In this document: in pieces, positions 26,245-34,969 of the stretch
Position numbering within the stretch: the stretch's first letter is position 1
Layout: every line of letters begins with the position of its first letter
NCBI GenBank assembly: GCA_963775315.1
Contig: CAVZIN010000007.1
Location: forward strand, 841,193-905,192
Direction: 5' to 3'
Source of the DNA: an uncultured Alphaproteobacteria bacterium
GTDB taxonomy: Bacteria > Pseudomonadota > Alphaproteobacteria > MPNO01 > DASWLB01
Length of the DNA stretch: 64,000 bases
Notes under the pieces: model-generated
The model's input: the letters and a program-made list of their open reading frames with translations, nothing else
Databases searched by the model: none
Told to the model about the DNA's origin: nothing
Made by a program: the position numbers and the translations under genes

Positions 26245-27449
26245 TGAATCCCGAAATCCACGAATGGCTGAGCCTCGCGCTGCGCTGGGCGCATATCGTG
26301 ACCGCGATGGCGTGGATCGGCGCGTCGTTCTATTTCATGTGGCTCGATTCCCACCTCGAGCCGCCGCGCCATCCGAAACCCGGCGTCGAGGGTGACCTGT
26401 GGATGGTTCACTCCGGCGGGTTCTACGAGGTGAACAAGATCCTGGTCGCGCCGCGGGATCTGCCGCCCCACCTGCACTGGTTCAAGTGGGAGGCCGCGTT
26501 CACCTGGATTAGCGGCATCTGCCTTTTGGCGGTGGTCTATTACCTAGGCTCGTCGGCCTTCCTGATCGACCCCGCCGTCGCCAATATCGAGCGGCACGAT
26601 GCGCTCGGAATCGCGTTGATCCTCTTCATCGTCGGCTGGTTCGTCTATGACGGGCTCTACATCTCGCCGTTGGCGAAGATGGGCCATCTCGCCGCCGCGA
26701 TCGGGTTCCTCCTGCTTTGCGGCGTCGCATACGGGTTGTTCCATATTTTCGCCGCGCGCGCGGCCTACATCCACGTCGGCGCGCTGATGGGCACCATCAT
26801 GGTGGCGAACGTGTGGGTGCGCATCATACCGGCCCAGCGCGCCCTGGTCGCCGCGACCAAGGCGGGCACGCGGCCCGACCCGACGCTCGGGCTCCGGGCC
26901 AAGCAGCGGTCGGTGCACAACAACTACATGACGCTGCCCGTCATCTTCGTGATGATGAGCTCCCACTACCCCGAGACGTACGGCAACAAGTACGGCTGGG
27001 CGATCCTGATCGGAATGTTCGTTGTGGGCGCGGTGGTCCGCCACTGGTTCAACCTGCGGAACGCGGGCCGCACCCATTGGTGGCCGGTACCGGTCTCGGT
27101 GGCCGGGGTGCTGCTGATCATGTACCTGACCATGCCGGCGCGCCCGACGATGGAAGCGATGGCGGCGACCGCGGGTCCGGCGGGGCACGTGCCGTTCGGC
27201 GAGGTGCGCGCAGTGTTCGAGCGGCGCTGCGTCGCCTGCCATTCGCGCCACCCGACCGACAGCGACTTCGTCGTGCCGCCCAAGAACATTGTCTTCGATT
27301 CCGCTGCGCATATCCGTGGCCACGCCGAGGACATCATGCGGACGGTCGTCGTCGCGAAGATCATGCCGCTCGGCAACGTCACCGGCATGACGCCGGCGGA
27401 GCGCGCGCTGCTCGGCCGATGGCTGGCCCAGGGCGCGCCGGTCAACTGA
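26241..27449 (+). CDS. puuD: Urate hydroxylase PuuD (membrane protein with a C-terminal cytochrome c)
   Basis: Multi-TM N-terminal region, C-terminal CVACHS heme-binding motif, and a start that overlaps the uraD stop. Confidence 0.85.
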   Translation: MMNPEIHEWLSLALRWAHIVTAMAWIGASFYFMWLDSHLEPPRHPKPGVEGDLWMVHSGGFYEVNKILVAPRDLPPHLHWFKWEAAFTWISGICLLAVVYYLGSSAFLIDPAVANIERHDALGIALILFIVGWFVYDGLYISPLAKMGHLAAAIGFLLLCGVAYGLFHIFAARAAYIHVGALMGTIMVANVWVRIIPAQRALVAATKAGTRPDPTLGLRAKQRSVHNNYMTLPVIFVMMSSHYPETYGNKYGWAILIGMFVVGAVVRHWFNLRNAGRTHWWPVPVSVAGVLLIMYLTMPARPTMEAMAATAGPAGHVPFGEVRAVFERRCVACHSRHPTDSDFVVPPKNIVFDSAAHIRGHAEDIMRTVVVAKIMPLGNVTGMTPAERALLGRWLAQGAPVN

Positions 27450-27456
27450 GATGCGG

Positions 27457-28701
27457 TCAGGAGCCCCCGAGCAGGTCGACGAGGGCGCGGGCCACGATCT
27501 CGGTCGCGGCCGCGAGGTCGGCGAGGCGCAAATTCTCGTCGGCGTTGTGTCCGTTGGCCTCGGCCAGGGTGCGGGGTCCGGCGCCATACAAAACCACGGG
27601 GATGCCGGCGGCGGCATAGTGGCGCGCGTCAGTGTAGAGCGGCGAGCCGACGACCGGAACCGGATGGCCCAGGAGCGGTGCGGCGTGGCGGGCGAGCGCC
27701 TCGGCCAGCCGCTCCCACCCCGGTCCCGGGGCGAGCGGCGCGGCGGCGAGTACGATTGCCGTCTCGACGGTGATGTCGGGATATTCGCTCGCAGCCTCGG
27801 CAACCAGCGCGCGCAGCTCGGCCTCGGCGTCGGATGGCGTCTCCTCGGGCACGATGCGCCGGTCGAGCCGGAAGCGCACCCGGTCGGGCACGACGTTGGC
27901 GGCGATGCCGCCGGAGATCGTCCCCACGTTCAATGTCGGCGCGGCGATCCCTGGGATGGCGGAGCATCGCTCCGCCAGCTTTGCGCGATGGGCGTAGAGG
28001 GCGGCGAGTACGCCGGTCGTGGCCTCCAGCGCATCGCGCCCGGCGGCGGGTTCCGCCGCGTGGGCCTGGCAGCCGGTGACCGTGACCTCGAGATGCAGGC
28101 AGCCATTGTGGGCGTTGACGATGGCGTGGCTGAACCCGGCGCAGATCGCGTAGTCGGGCCGTGCGAGTCCCTCGTCGAGCAGGAATTTCGGGCCGATCTG
28201 GCCCCCCGTCTCCTCGTCCCAGGTGAAGTGCAGCTCCACCGTGCCGCCGAGACGCGCGCCCCCTGCCGCGGCCTCGCGAAGCGCGAGCAGGGCGAAGGCG
28301 TAGGTCGCGAAGTCGGACTTGGAAACCGCGACGCCGCGCCCGTACATGCGCGCATCGCCGCCCACGCCGGCGATCTCCGCGCCGTAGGGGTCGTGGGTCC
28401 AGCCGAGCCCGGGCGGCACCACGTCGCCATGTGCGTTGAGGGCGAGGGTCGAGCCGTCGCCGAACCGGTGGCGAACGATCAGGTTGGTCGCGCTGATCAT
28501 GCCGGCCCGGCGCGCGCGCGCCTCCGGCACGGGGTACGCCGCGACCGGGAGGCCCAGCCCTTCCAGAAGGGTGCGCGCGACGTGGGCATGCGGTGCGCAG
28601 TCGCCCGGTGGGTTGTCGGAAGGCGCCCTGACCAGCGCCGCCAGAAAGGCGAGCTGCCGGTCGCGCTGACGTTCGAGGTAACGGGAAATCGCGTCGGTCA
28701 T
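27457..28701 (-). CDS. M20-family metallohydrolase (ArgE/DapE/carboxypeptidase G2-like)
   Basis: 414 aa with M20 metal-binding motifs (HGDVV, DEE), on the opposite strand. Confidence 0.85.
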   Translation of the reverse strand: MTDAISRYLERQRDRQLAFLAALVRAPSDNPPGDCAPHAHVARTLLEGLGLPVAAYPVPEARARRAGMISATNLIVRHRFGDGSTLALNAHGDVVPPGLGWTHDPYGAEIAGVGGDARMYGRGVAVSKSDFATYAFALLALREAAAGGARLGGTVELHFTWDEETGGQIGPKFLLDEGLARPDYAICAGFSHAIVNAHNGCLHLEVTVTGCQAHAAEPAAGRDALEATTGVLAALYAHRAKLAERCSAIPGIAAPTLNVGTISGGIAANVVPDRVRFRLDRRIVPEETPSDAEAELRALVAEAASEYPDITVETAIVLAAAPLAPGPGWERLAEALARHAAPLLGHPVPVVGSPLYTDARHYAAAGIPVVLYGAGPRTLAEANGHNADENLRLADLAAATEIVARALVDLLGGS

Positions 28702-28742
28702 CGGCGCGGCAGTCTATCCGAAGGAACGAGGTGAAACGAGCC

Positions 28743-29729
28743 ATGGCCACGCAAATCCGAACCACACAGACCGCGCACTTGCCGCTGATCGACATCGAGG
28801 GCCTCGTAAGCCCCGATCCCGCCCGCCGCCAGGCGGTCGGTGCCGCCATGCGCGCCGCCTGCATCGACAAGGGTTTCATGTACGTCACCGGCCATGGGGT
28901 GCCGGAGCGTCTGATGGACGAAACGTTCGCCCTGTCGCGGGACTTTTTCGCTCTGCCGCTTGGGACGAAGCAATCCTACGATGTGCGGAACGCCATCGCG
29001 CGCCGCGGCTATGCCGGCATCCGCACCCAGGCGTTCCAGCTGGGCCCCGCCGACCTCAAGGAAAGCTTCTTCTTCGGCGAGGAGCTGCCGCTCGACGAGC
29101 CGCGCGTGGTGCGCGGACTCTACGACCACGGCCCGAACCAGTGGCCGGCGGAGCTGCCGGCGTTCCAGCCGGTCATGTACGAATACTGGCGCCAGATGAT
29201 GGCGCTGAGCGAGCGGCTGCTGGTCAGGCTTGCGCTGTCGCTCGGCCTCCCTGAGCCGTTCTTCGACGGATTCAAGCGCGCCGCGATGTGCCCGGTGCGC
29301 CTGCTGCACTATCCGCCGCCTCAGGACGACAGCCCGCTTGGCGAGGTGAGCTTCGGTGCCCACACCGATTTCGGCGGCATGACCGTGCTTGCCCAGGACG
29401 CGGCCGGCGGGCTCCAGATCCAGGGCGAGGAGGGGGATTGGATCGACGCGACACCGGTGCCCGGCGCGTTCATCGTCAATCTCGGCGATTTCGTACAGCG
29501 TTGGACCAATGACCTCTATCGCTCAACTCTGCACCGAGTGGTGTCGAACGGCGGCGCACGCTACTCCATCGCGGCGTTCTACGACGGCAATCCGGAATAT
29601 CGCGTGGAGACGTTGCCGGGCTGCATCTCGCCGGGCGAGGCGGCGAAGTACCCGCCGACCACGATGATCGAGTATCTCGAGATGCGCGCAAGGAGGTCCC
29701 AGGTCGATTACGGCGAGCAGGCGTTTTGA
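28743..29729 (+). CDS. 2-oxoglutarate/Fe(II)-dependent dioxygenase (IPNS/ACC-oxidase-like family)
   Basis: 328 aa, HxD...H facial triad (HTDFG...H) and the RxS 2OG-binding motif. Confidence 0.8.
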   Translation: MATQIRTTQTAHLPLIDIEGLVSPDPARRQAVGAAMRAACIDKGFMYVTGHGVPERLMDETFALSRDFFALPLGTKQSYDVRNAIARRGYAGIRTQAFQLGPADLKESFFFGEELPLDEPRVVRGLYDHGPNQWPAELPAFQPVMYEYWRQMMALSERLLVRLALSLGLPEPFFDGFKRAAMCPVRLLHYPPPQDDSPLGEVSFGAHTDFGGMTVLAQDAAGGLQIQGEEGDWIDATPVPGAFIVNLGDFVQRWTNDLYRSTLHRVVSNGGARYSIAAFYDGNPEYRVETLPGCISPGEAAKYPPTTMIEYLEMRARRSQVDYGEQAF

Positions 29730-30244
29730 GCGCAGCACCGCCGGACATCAATGCGGAACTGCACGCCCAGCTGCATGCCTGCGGAGTGACGGTCGCCGCG
29801 TCGCTGCCGGACGACTGGATCGCGCCGCTGATCGGGCGGATCGCCTCTGATCCCGGGATGCGGCACGTTCCGGTGGCGCGCGAGGCCGAGGCGGTGGCGA
29901 TCTGCAGCGGCGCGTTCTTCGGCGGTGTGCGTTCCGCCGCGCTGATGGGCGCGACCGGCCTGCTCACCTGCACGGGCGAACTCGCGACGCTCAACCTGCG
30001 GCACGCGATTCCGGTGTTTCTGATCGTGAGCGCACGCGGTTCGATCGACGACCACCGGATCTACCAGGAGGTGCAGGGTCGCCGTACGCGGCCGCTGCTC
30101 GACATGTACGACTTCCCCTATCACGTGATCGAAAGTGCGGACCGGATCGGCGACATACCCGACTGCTACGAGACCTGCCGCCTCCAGAAGCGGCCCTTCG
30201 TGCTGTTCCTCGCGCGCCACCTGATGAAGGGGGACGTACGATGA
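29726..30244 (+). CDS. TPP-dependent decarboxylase alpha subunit (sulfopyruvate/phosphonopyruvate decarboxylase ComD-like)
   Basis: About 172 aa TPP-enzyme N-terminal (PYR) domain. The putative TTG start overlaps the dioxygenase stop; the exact start is uncertain. Confidence 0.7.
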   Translation: MSAAPPDINAELHAQLHACGVTVAASLPDDWIAPLIGRIASDPGMRHVPVAREAEAVAICSGAFFGGVRSAALMGATGLLTCTGELATLNLRHAIPVFLIVSARGSIDDHRIYQEVQGRRTRPLLDMYDFPYHVIESADRIGDIPDCYETCRLQKRPFVLFLARHLMKGDVR

Positions 30245-30843
30245 ATGCGCGCGAGGCTATCGAGGTTCTGGCGGCCCACCGCGGCGACGCCGTTGCCGTC
30301 TGCGCGCTCGGCATGGCGGCGAACGAATGGTGGGCGGTGACCGAGGGCGAGGATTCGTTCTACATGCATGGCGCCATGGGCTTCGCGGCGAGCTTCGCGC
30401 TCGGCCTCGCCCTTTCCCTGCCGCAGGCGACCGTCTGGCTGTTGAACGCGGACGGGTCTCTCTGCATGAATCTCGGCTGCCTTCTCACCGAAGCAGGACA
30501 GGCCGCGCCCAACCTCAAGCATTTCGTCATCGACAACGGCGTCTACCAGACGGTCGGCGCCGTTCCGATGGTCAATCGAGGTCGCACGGACTATGCCGCC
30601 ATCGCCCGCGGCGCCGGCTTTCCGCGCGCCCGCACCATCGAGGATATCGACACGCTTACTCGCGCGATGCCGGAGATCGCAACCGAGCGAGGCCCGACCT
30701 TCACCGCCGTCCGAGTCCCGCCCGAGACCGGCTTCCTGCGCACGCCGCCGATGACCTACGAAGGTCCGGAGATGAAGTACCGCTTCGGCCGTGCTCTTGA
30801 ACGCAAATTCGGCATCGACGTATTCGGGCCGCAGGGCTACTGA
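30241..30843 (+). CDS. TPP-dependent decarboxylase beta subunit (ComE-like, TPP-binding PP domain)
   Basis: 200 aa, GDG-x25-N TPP/Mg motif (NADGSLCMNLGCLLT...DNGVY), ATGA coupling. Confidence 0.75.
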   Translation: MNAREAIEVLAAHRGDAVAVCALGMAANEWWAVTEGEDSFYMHGAMGFAASFALGLALSLPQATVWLLNADGSLCMNLGCLLTEAGQAAPNLKHFVIDNGVYQTVGAVPMVNRGRTDYAAIARGAGFPRARTIEDIDTLTRAMPEIATERGPTFTAVRVPPETGFLRTPPMTYEGPEMKYRFGRALERKFGIDVFGPQGY

Positions 30844-30936
30844 TCGCTGCCGTTTTCGTGAGCGTTTGACCATCGATTGACCGGCACGCGCACCGCACCG
30901 GTCGCCGTCCCGCCCGTTCTCGCGCCAATCCTGCGC

Positions 30937-30953
30937 TGGCATGAATCTTGCAT
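30937..30953 (+). promoter_or_regulatory. Sigma-54 promoter for SBP paralog 2
   Basis: TGGCATGAATCTTGCAT, about 45 nt upstream of the ATG at 30996. Confidence 0.65.
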
Positions 30954-30995
30954 TGCAAGCTGCAAGACCCAACGGGTGGGAATTGGAGACAGACC

Positions 30996-32027
30996 ATGCT
31001 CGAGATGCTCAGGATCGGACGCCGCAGGTCGGCGCTCATGGCAGCGGCCGCCTTTGCCGCCGGAGTCCTCGTCGCGCACGAGGCGTCCGCCGACACGAAG
31101 GTGAGCTTCCTTACCTCGTGGAAGGCGCAGGCCGAGCATGGCGGCTACTATCAGGCGCTGGCGCTCGGATATTTCAAAAAGCATGGGCTCGACGTCAAGA
31201 TCCGCGAAGGCGGGCCGCAGCTCAACGGCACCCAGATGCTGGCCGGCGGCGCGGTCGATTTCGCCATGCTGTCGAACAACGATGACATCCTCCAGGCGGT
31301 CATCCATGGCGCGCATATGAAGGCGGTCATGGCCGGGTTCCAGAAGTCGCCGCAGATCCTGATGACCCACGAGGGCAACGGCATCGAAAAGCTGGAGGAC
31401 ATGAAGGGCAAGCCGATCCTTCTGGCGGCCGGCTCGGTCAACACCATGTTCGCCTGGCTCAAGGCCAAGTACGGCTTCATGGATTCGCAGATCCGCAAGT
31501 ACACCTTCAACATGGCGCCGTTCCTCGCCGACAAGAATTCGATCCAGCAAGGGTACCTGTCGAGCGAGCCGTTTATCGTGAAGAAGGAGGGCGGAATTAC
31601 TCCCAAGGTCTTCCTGCTCGCCGACCATGGCTACAACACCTACGCCTCGATCACCGCGACCTCTGACAAGATGATCGAGGAGCATCCCGAGGTGGTGCAG
31701 GCCTTCGTCGACGCCTCGATCGAGGGGCTCTACAGCTATCTCTATGGCGATCCGTCTCCGGCGAACGCGCTGATCAAGAAGGACAACCCGGAGATGACCG
31801 ACGATACGATCGCGTTCGGCATGGCAAAGCTCAAGGAGGCCGGTATCATCGACTCGGGCGACGCGCTGACGATGGGCATCGGCGCGATGACCGACGCGCG
31901 CTGGAAGAGCCAGTTCGCGTCTGCCGCTTCGGTCGGCGTCTATCCGAAGGATTTCGACTACAAGAAAGCCTACACGCTGCAGTTCGTCGACAAGGGCCAC
32001 GGTCTCGCGATGAAGCCGAAGATGTAG
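30996..32027 (+). CDS. ABC transporter substrate-binding protein (NMT1/TauA family), paralog 2
   Basis: Close paralog of the 21388 gene (shared blocks KVSFLTSWKAQAEHGGYYQA, NTMFAWLKAKYGF), with its own sigma-54 promoter. Confidence 0.9.
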   Translation: MLEMLRIGRRRSALMAAAAFAAGVLVAHEASADTKVSFLTSWKAQAEHGGYYQALALGYFKKHGLDVKIREGGPQLNGTQMLAGGAVDFAMLSNNDDILQAVIHGAHMKAVMAGFQKSPQILMTHEGNGIEKLEDMKGKPILLAAGSVNTMFAWLKAKYGFMDSQIRKYTFNMAPFLADKNSIQQGYLSSEPFIVKKEGGITPKVFLLADHGYNTYASITATSDKMIEEHPEVVQAFVDASIEGLYSYLYGDPSPANALIKKDNPEMTDDTIAFGMAKLKEAGIIDSGDALTMGIGAMTDARWKSQFASAASVGVYPKDFDYKKAYTLQFVDKGHGLAMKPKM

Positions 32028-32049
32028 TCTTCCGAGGGCACGTCGGCGC

Positions 32050-33438
32050 TCAGTTCGGGGCGCGCTCGGTGAAGGTCGCCGCCGGGCGCGCCTCGCTTGA
32101 GTCAGGCCACGGAATCGCGGCGCGACCCGGCCGCCCGTCGCGGACGAACGAAATCCATGCGCCCTGCATGTCGCGGGCGAGCCGCTCCATCGCGCCCGCG
32201 TCGGCGCCCGCGAGCATCGTCGCGTCCTGCCAGGCCGACAGGGCGCCGAACACGAAGGGCTGCTCGATGCAGTGGCAGGCGCCGAGCGGCGATCCTGGCG
32301 GTGCCCAGTCGAACTCGAAGGTGAAGGCGCGCCCGCTGGCCGCCGCGACCGCGTTCGCGAAATCGACAGAGGGCGCGCGGAACACCTGCTCGGTCACGAG
32401 CGCACTCAGCCGCAGGACGGGATCGGCGCCGGGCCCCTGCACGCTGCCGGGCGCGATGCGATCGATCGCGGTCCGCGCGGCCGCGGAGTCGAGCCTCGGC
32501 AGGCCGGGGGCGCAGAAGAAAGCGTGCGCCTCGTCCTTTGTCGTACCGATCAGGATATCGATCCCGCCTTCGACGGCGCCGGCGACAGCGGCCGCGACGA
32601 AGCGCGCCTCCTCGGACAAGGCGTCGATCGTGGGCATGTAGAGGGGCGTGATCATGCCGGGAACGTGACCGGCACGCGCGACGGCGTCCGACGCCGCGAG
32701 CAGCGATTCCGGCGGGCCGTCGAGCTTTCCGCCGGCTGCCACGACCCGCGCCAAAACCTCCGCGGCGTGCCGGTCGGAAGAGGGGGCGAGCCCGGCCGGC
32801 GGGCTTTCCAGGATCGCGCGGCGGAACAGCCCGCGACCTTCGGGAAGCGCCAGCATGCAAAGAATGGCGTGGGCGCCGGCCGATTGGCCGGCGACGGAGA
32901 TGTGGTCGGGATCGCCGCCGAACGCGGCGATCTCGCGCGCTACCCAGCGGAGCGCCGCCATCATGTCGTCGAGCCCCTGGCGTCCGCCGCCAGAGCCGGC
33001 CGCGAGAAAGCCCAGCGCGCCGAGCCGGTAGTTGACCGTGACCACGACCATCTTGCCGCGCACGGCGAGGCTTGTTCCGTCGAACCAGTCGAGCGAGCCG
33101 GCGCAGGCCTGGTAGGCCCCGCCGTGCAGGAACACGAGCACGGGGAGGGCGCCGCCCGAGACTTCCGGGACGGTCAGGGTCAGGGTCAGGCAGTCCTCGC
33201 CCTGCGGGCGCGAGAAGTCCCCAATCGCCGCCGCCAGGCGCGACGGGCGCTGCGGCGGGATCGGCCCGTGAACCGTGGCGTCGCGCACCCCCACCCAAGG
33301 CAACGGAGCGCGAGGCGGCGCGAAGCGCAGCGCGCCGGTCGGTGGCGCCGCGTAGGGCACGTTGCGGTACTGCACAGCCCCGCCCGCGCGGAGGCCCCGC
33401 AACACGCCGCACGAGGTCCGGATCTCGATCTCTGCCAT
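32050..33438 (-). CDS. Carboxylesterase type B (para-nitrobenzyl esterase-like)
   Basis: GQSAG nucleophile motif, strong GAGGAGG RBS. The upstream 230 aa of the 693-aa ORF is an artefactual extension. Confidence 0.85.
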   Translation of the reverse strand: MAEIEIRTSCGVLRGLRAGGAVQYRNVPYAAPPTGALRFAPPRAPLPWVGVRDATVHGPIPPQRPSRLAAAIGDFSRPQGEDCLTLTLTVPEVSGGALPVLVFLHGGAYQACAGSLDWFDGTSLAVRGKMVVVTVNYRLGALGFLAAGSGGGRQGLDDMMAALRWVAREIAAFGGDPDHISVAGQSAGAHAILCMLALPEGRGLFRRAILESPPAGLAPSSDRHAAEVLARVVAAGGKLDGPPESLLAASDAVARAGHVPGMITPLYMPTIDALSEEARFVAAAVAGAVEGGIDILIGTTKDEAHAFFCAPGLPRLDSAAARTAIDRIAPGSVQGPGADPVLRLSALVTEQVFRAPSVDFANAVAAASGRAFTFEFDWAPPGSPLGACHCIEQPFVFGALSAWQDATMLAGADAGAMERLARDMQGAWISFVRDGRPGRAAIPWPDSSEARPAATFTERAPN

Positions 33439-33439
33439 C

Positions 33440-34849
33440 TCAGTCCTCCTCGCTCCAGCCTGGTGCGACCAGCCGGCGCTTGCCGTCCGGCGTGGTGGCA
33501 ATGCCGGGGCGGTCGAGCCCCTCCTTGTCCCAGAGCTGGCAGGTGACCGGCTTGTGCTTCTGGTCCAGCCCTTCGCAGTAGTTCGTATATTCGCAGAGCC
33601 GTACCTGGTCGCCCTTGCCGAGCGCGATCTTGCGGAACCAGTCGGGATCGGCGAGCGACTGGCGGGCCGCGCCGACGATGTCGCACGCGCCCTCGGCGAG
33701 AAGCTTCTCCGCCATTTCGAAATTGTGGATGCCGCCGGTGCAGACGACGGGCGTGGCGTGGCCGGCGTCGCGGACGGCGCGGCGGACGGCGGCAGTGGCG
33801 GCGACATTGCGCCCGAACGGGCCGCGCGCATCGGAGATGAATTGCGGCATGCACTCGTAGCCGCTGGGGCCGGTATAGGGGTAGGCGGCCCAGCCGACCG
33901 CCGGCTGCTTCGCGTCGTCGAACTTGCCGCCGCGGGATGTGGAGAGGAAGTCCATCCCGGCCGCGGCGAAGGCGACGCCGAACCACGTGGCGTCCGCGAC
34001 GTCGCTGCCGTCCGGGATGCACTCGTCGGCGAGGAAGCGGCAGCCGACCGCGAAGCCCGCCCCGACCGCCGCACGCACCGCGGCATAGGCCTCGAGCGGC
34101 AGTCGGACGCGGTTCTCGCGCGCTCCGCCATAGCCGTCCGTCCGCGTGTTGGTGCGCGAGAGGAACGACGCCATCGTATAGGCGTGGGCGTAGTGCAACT
34201 CCGCCCCGTCGAAGCCGGCGGCTTCAGCCCGGCGCGCCGCCGCAGCGAAGAGCGGCGGCAGGGTCCGCGGCAGGTCGAGCACGTGGAGAAGCTCGGTGTC
34301 GGTCACCCGCTCGCGCGCGCCATATTCGAGTGCCTCTCGCTCGGCGGGGGAGAGGATTGCGGCGCGCGCGTCTGGTGCAAGCGAGAGGAGTTTCGCCCGC
34401 ACCTCGTCCTCCTGCGCGCCGGGAAGGGCGAGGGCCAGCCGGTGGGCGTCGGTGATGGCGAGGAAACGCTCGAAGAATTTCTGCGGATCGGGACGGCGGC
34501 GGATCGCCAGGAAGTCGATGAGCTGGATGAACAGGCGCGTGTGCCCGCCGCTTGCCCGGCGCACCGTCTCGACCAACTTCGCAAGGCCGGGGATGTAGCG
34601 GTCGTGCCCGATGCGGAGCAGCGGCCCGCTCGGCACGTCGCGGATGCCGGTTGCCTCGACGACGATCGCGCCGGGCCGGCCCGCCGCGAAGCGTTCGTAC
34701 CAGCCGATCACCTCGTCGGTGACGAACCCGTCCTCCGTGGCCCGCCAGGGCACCATCGCCGGAACCCAGCTACGGGATTCCAGCGTGACGGGCCCGAGCG
34801 TGACGGGGGAGAAGAGCAGGGCGCGCGCTGCCTCCTCGCGCGTGGGCAC
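33440..34849 (-). CDS. NADH:flavin oxidoreductase (Old Yellow Enzyme / 2,4-dienoyl-CoA reductase N-terminal-like)
   Basis: 469 aa, OYE TIM-barrel FMN motifs. Confidence 0.85.
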   Translation of the reverse strand: MPTREEAARALLFSPVTLGPVTLESRSWVPAMVPWRATEDGFVTDEVIGWYERFAAGRPGAIVVEATGIRDVPSGPLLRIGHDRYIPGLAKLVETVRRASGGHTRLFIQLIDFLAIRRRPDPQKFFERFLAITDAHRLALALPGAQEDEVRAKLLSLAPDARAAILSPAEREALEYGARERVTDTELLHVLDLPRTLPPLFAAAARRAEAAGFDGAELHYAHAYTMASFLSRTNTRTDGYGGARENRVRLPLEAYAAVRAAVGAGFAVGCRFLADECIPDGSDVADATWFGVAFAAAGMDFLSTSRGGKFDDAKQPAVGWAAYPYTGPSGYECMPQFISDARGPFGRNVAATAAVRRAVRDAGHATPVVCTGGIHNFEMAEKLLAEGACDIVGAARQSLADPDWFRKIALGKGDQVRLCEYTNYCEGLDQKHKPVTCQLWDKEGLDRPGIATTPDGKRRLVAPGWSEED

Positions 34850-34969
34850 GTGTCCCAGCGCCGCCCGGTACCGAGTTCCGTTCCTGCGGCCGCCACATGG
34901 ATCGATTTTTCGCTAGCGCGACGATTACTTCAAGCTTAAAGTATAGCCCTCTGTGCGAAAGGTCGAGCC

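Noticed and set aside
33439-34131. N-terminal 231 codons of the 693-aa ORF 32050-34131
   Set aside because: The carboxylesterase starts at MAEIEIRT (33438) behind a GAGGAGG RBS. The upstream part overlaps the OYE gene out of frame.
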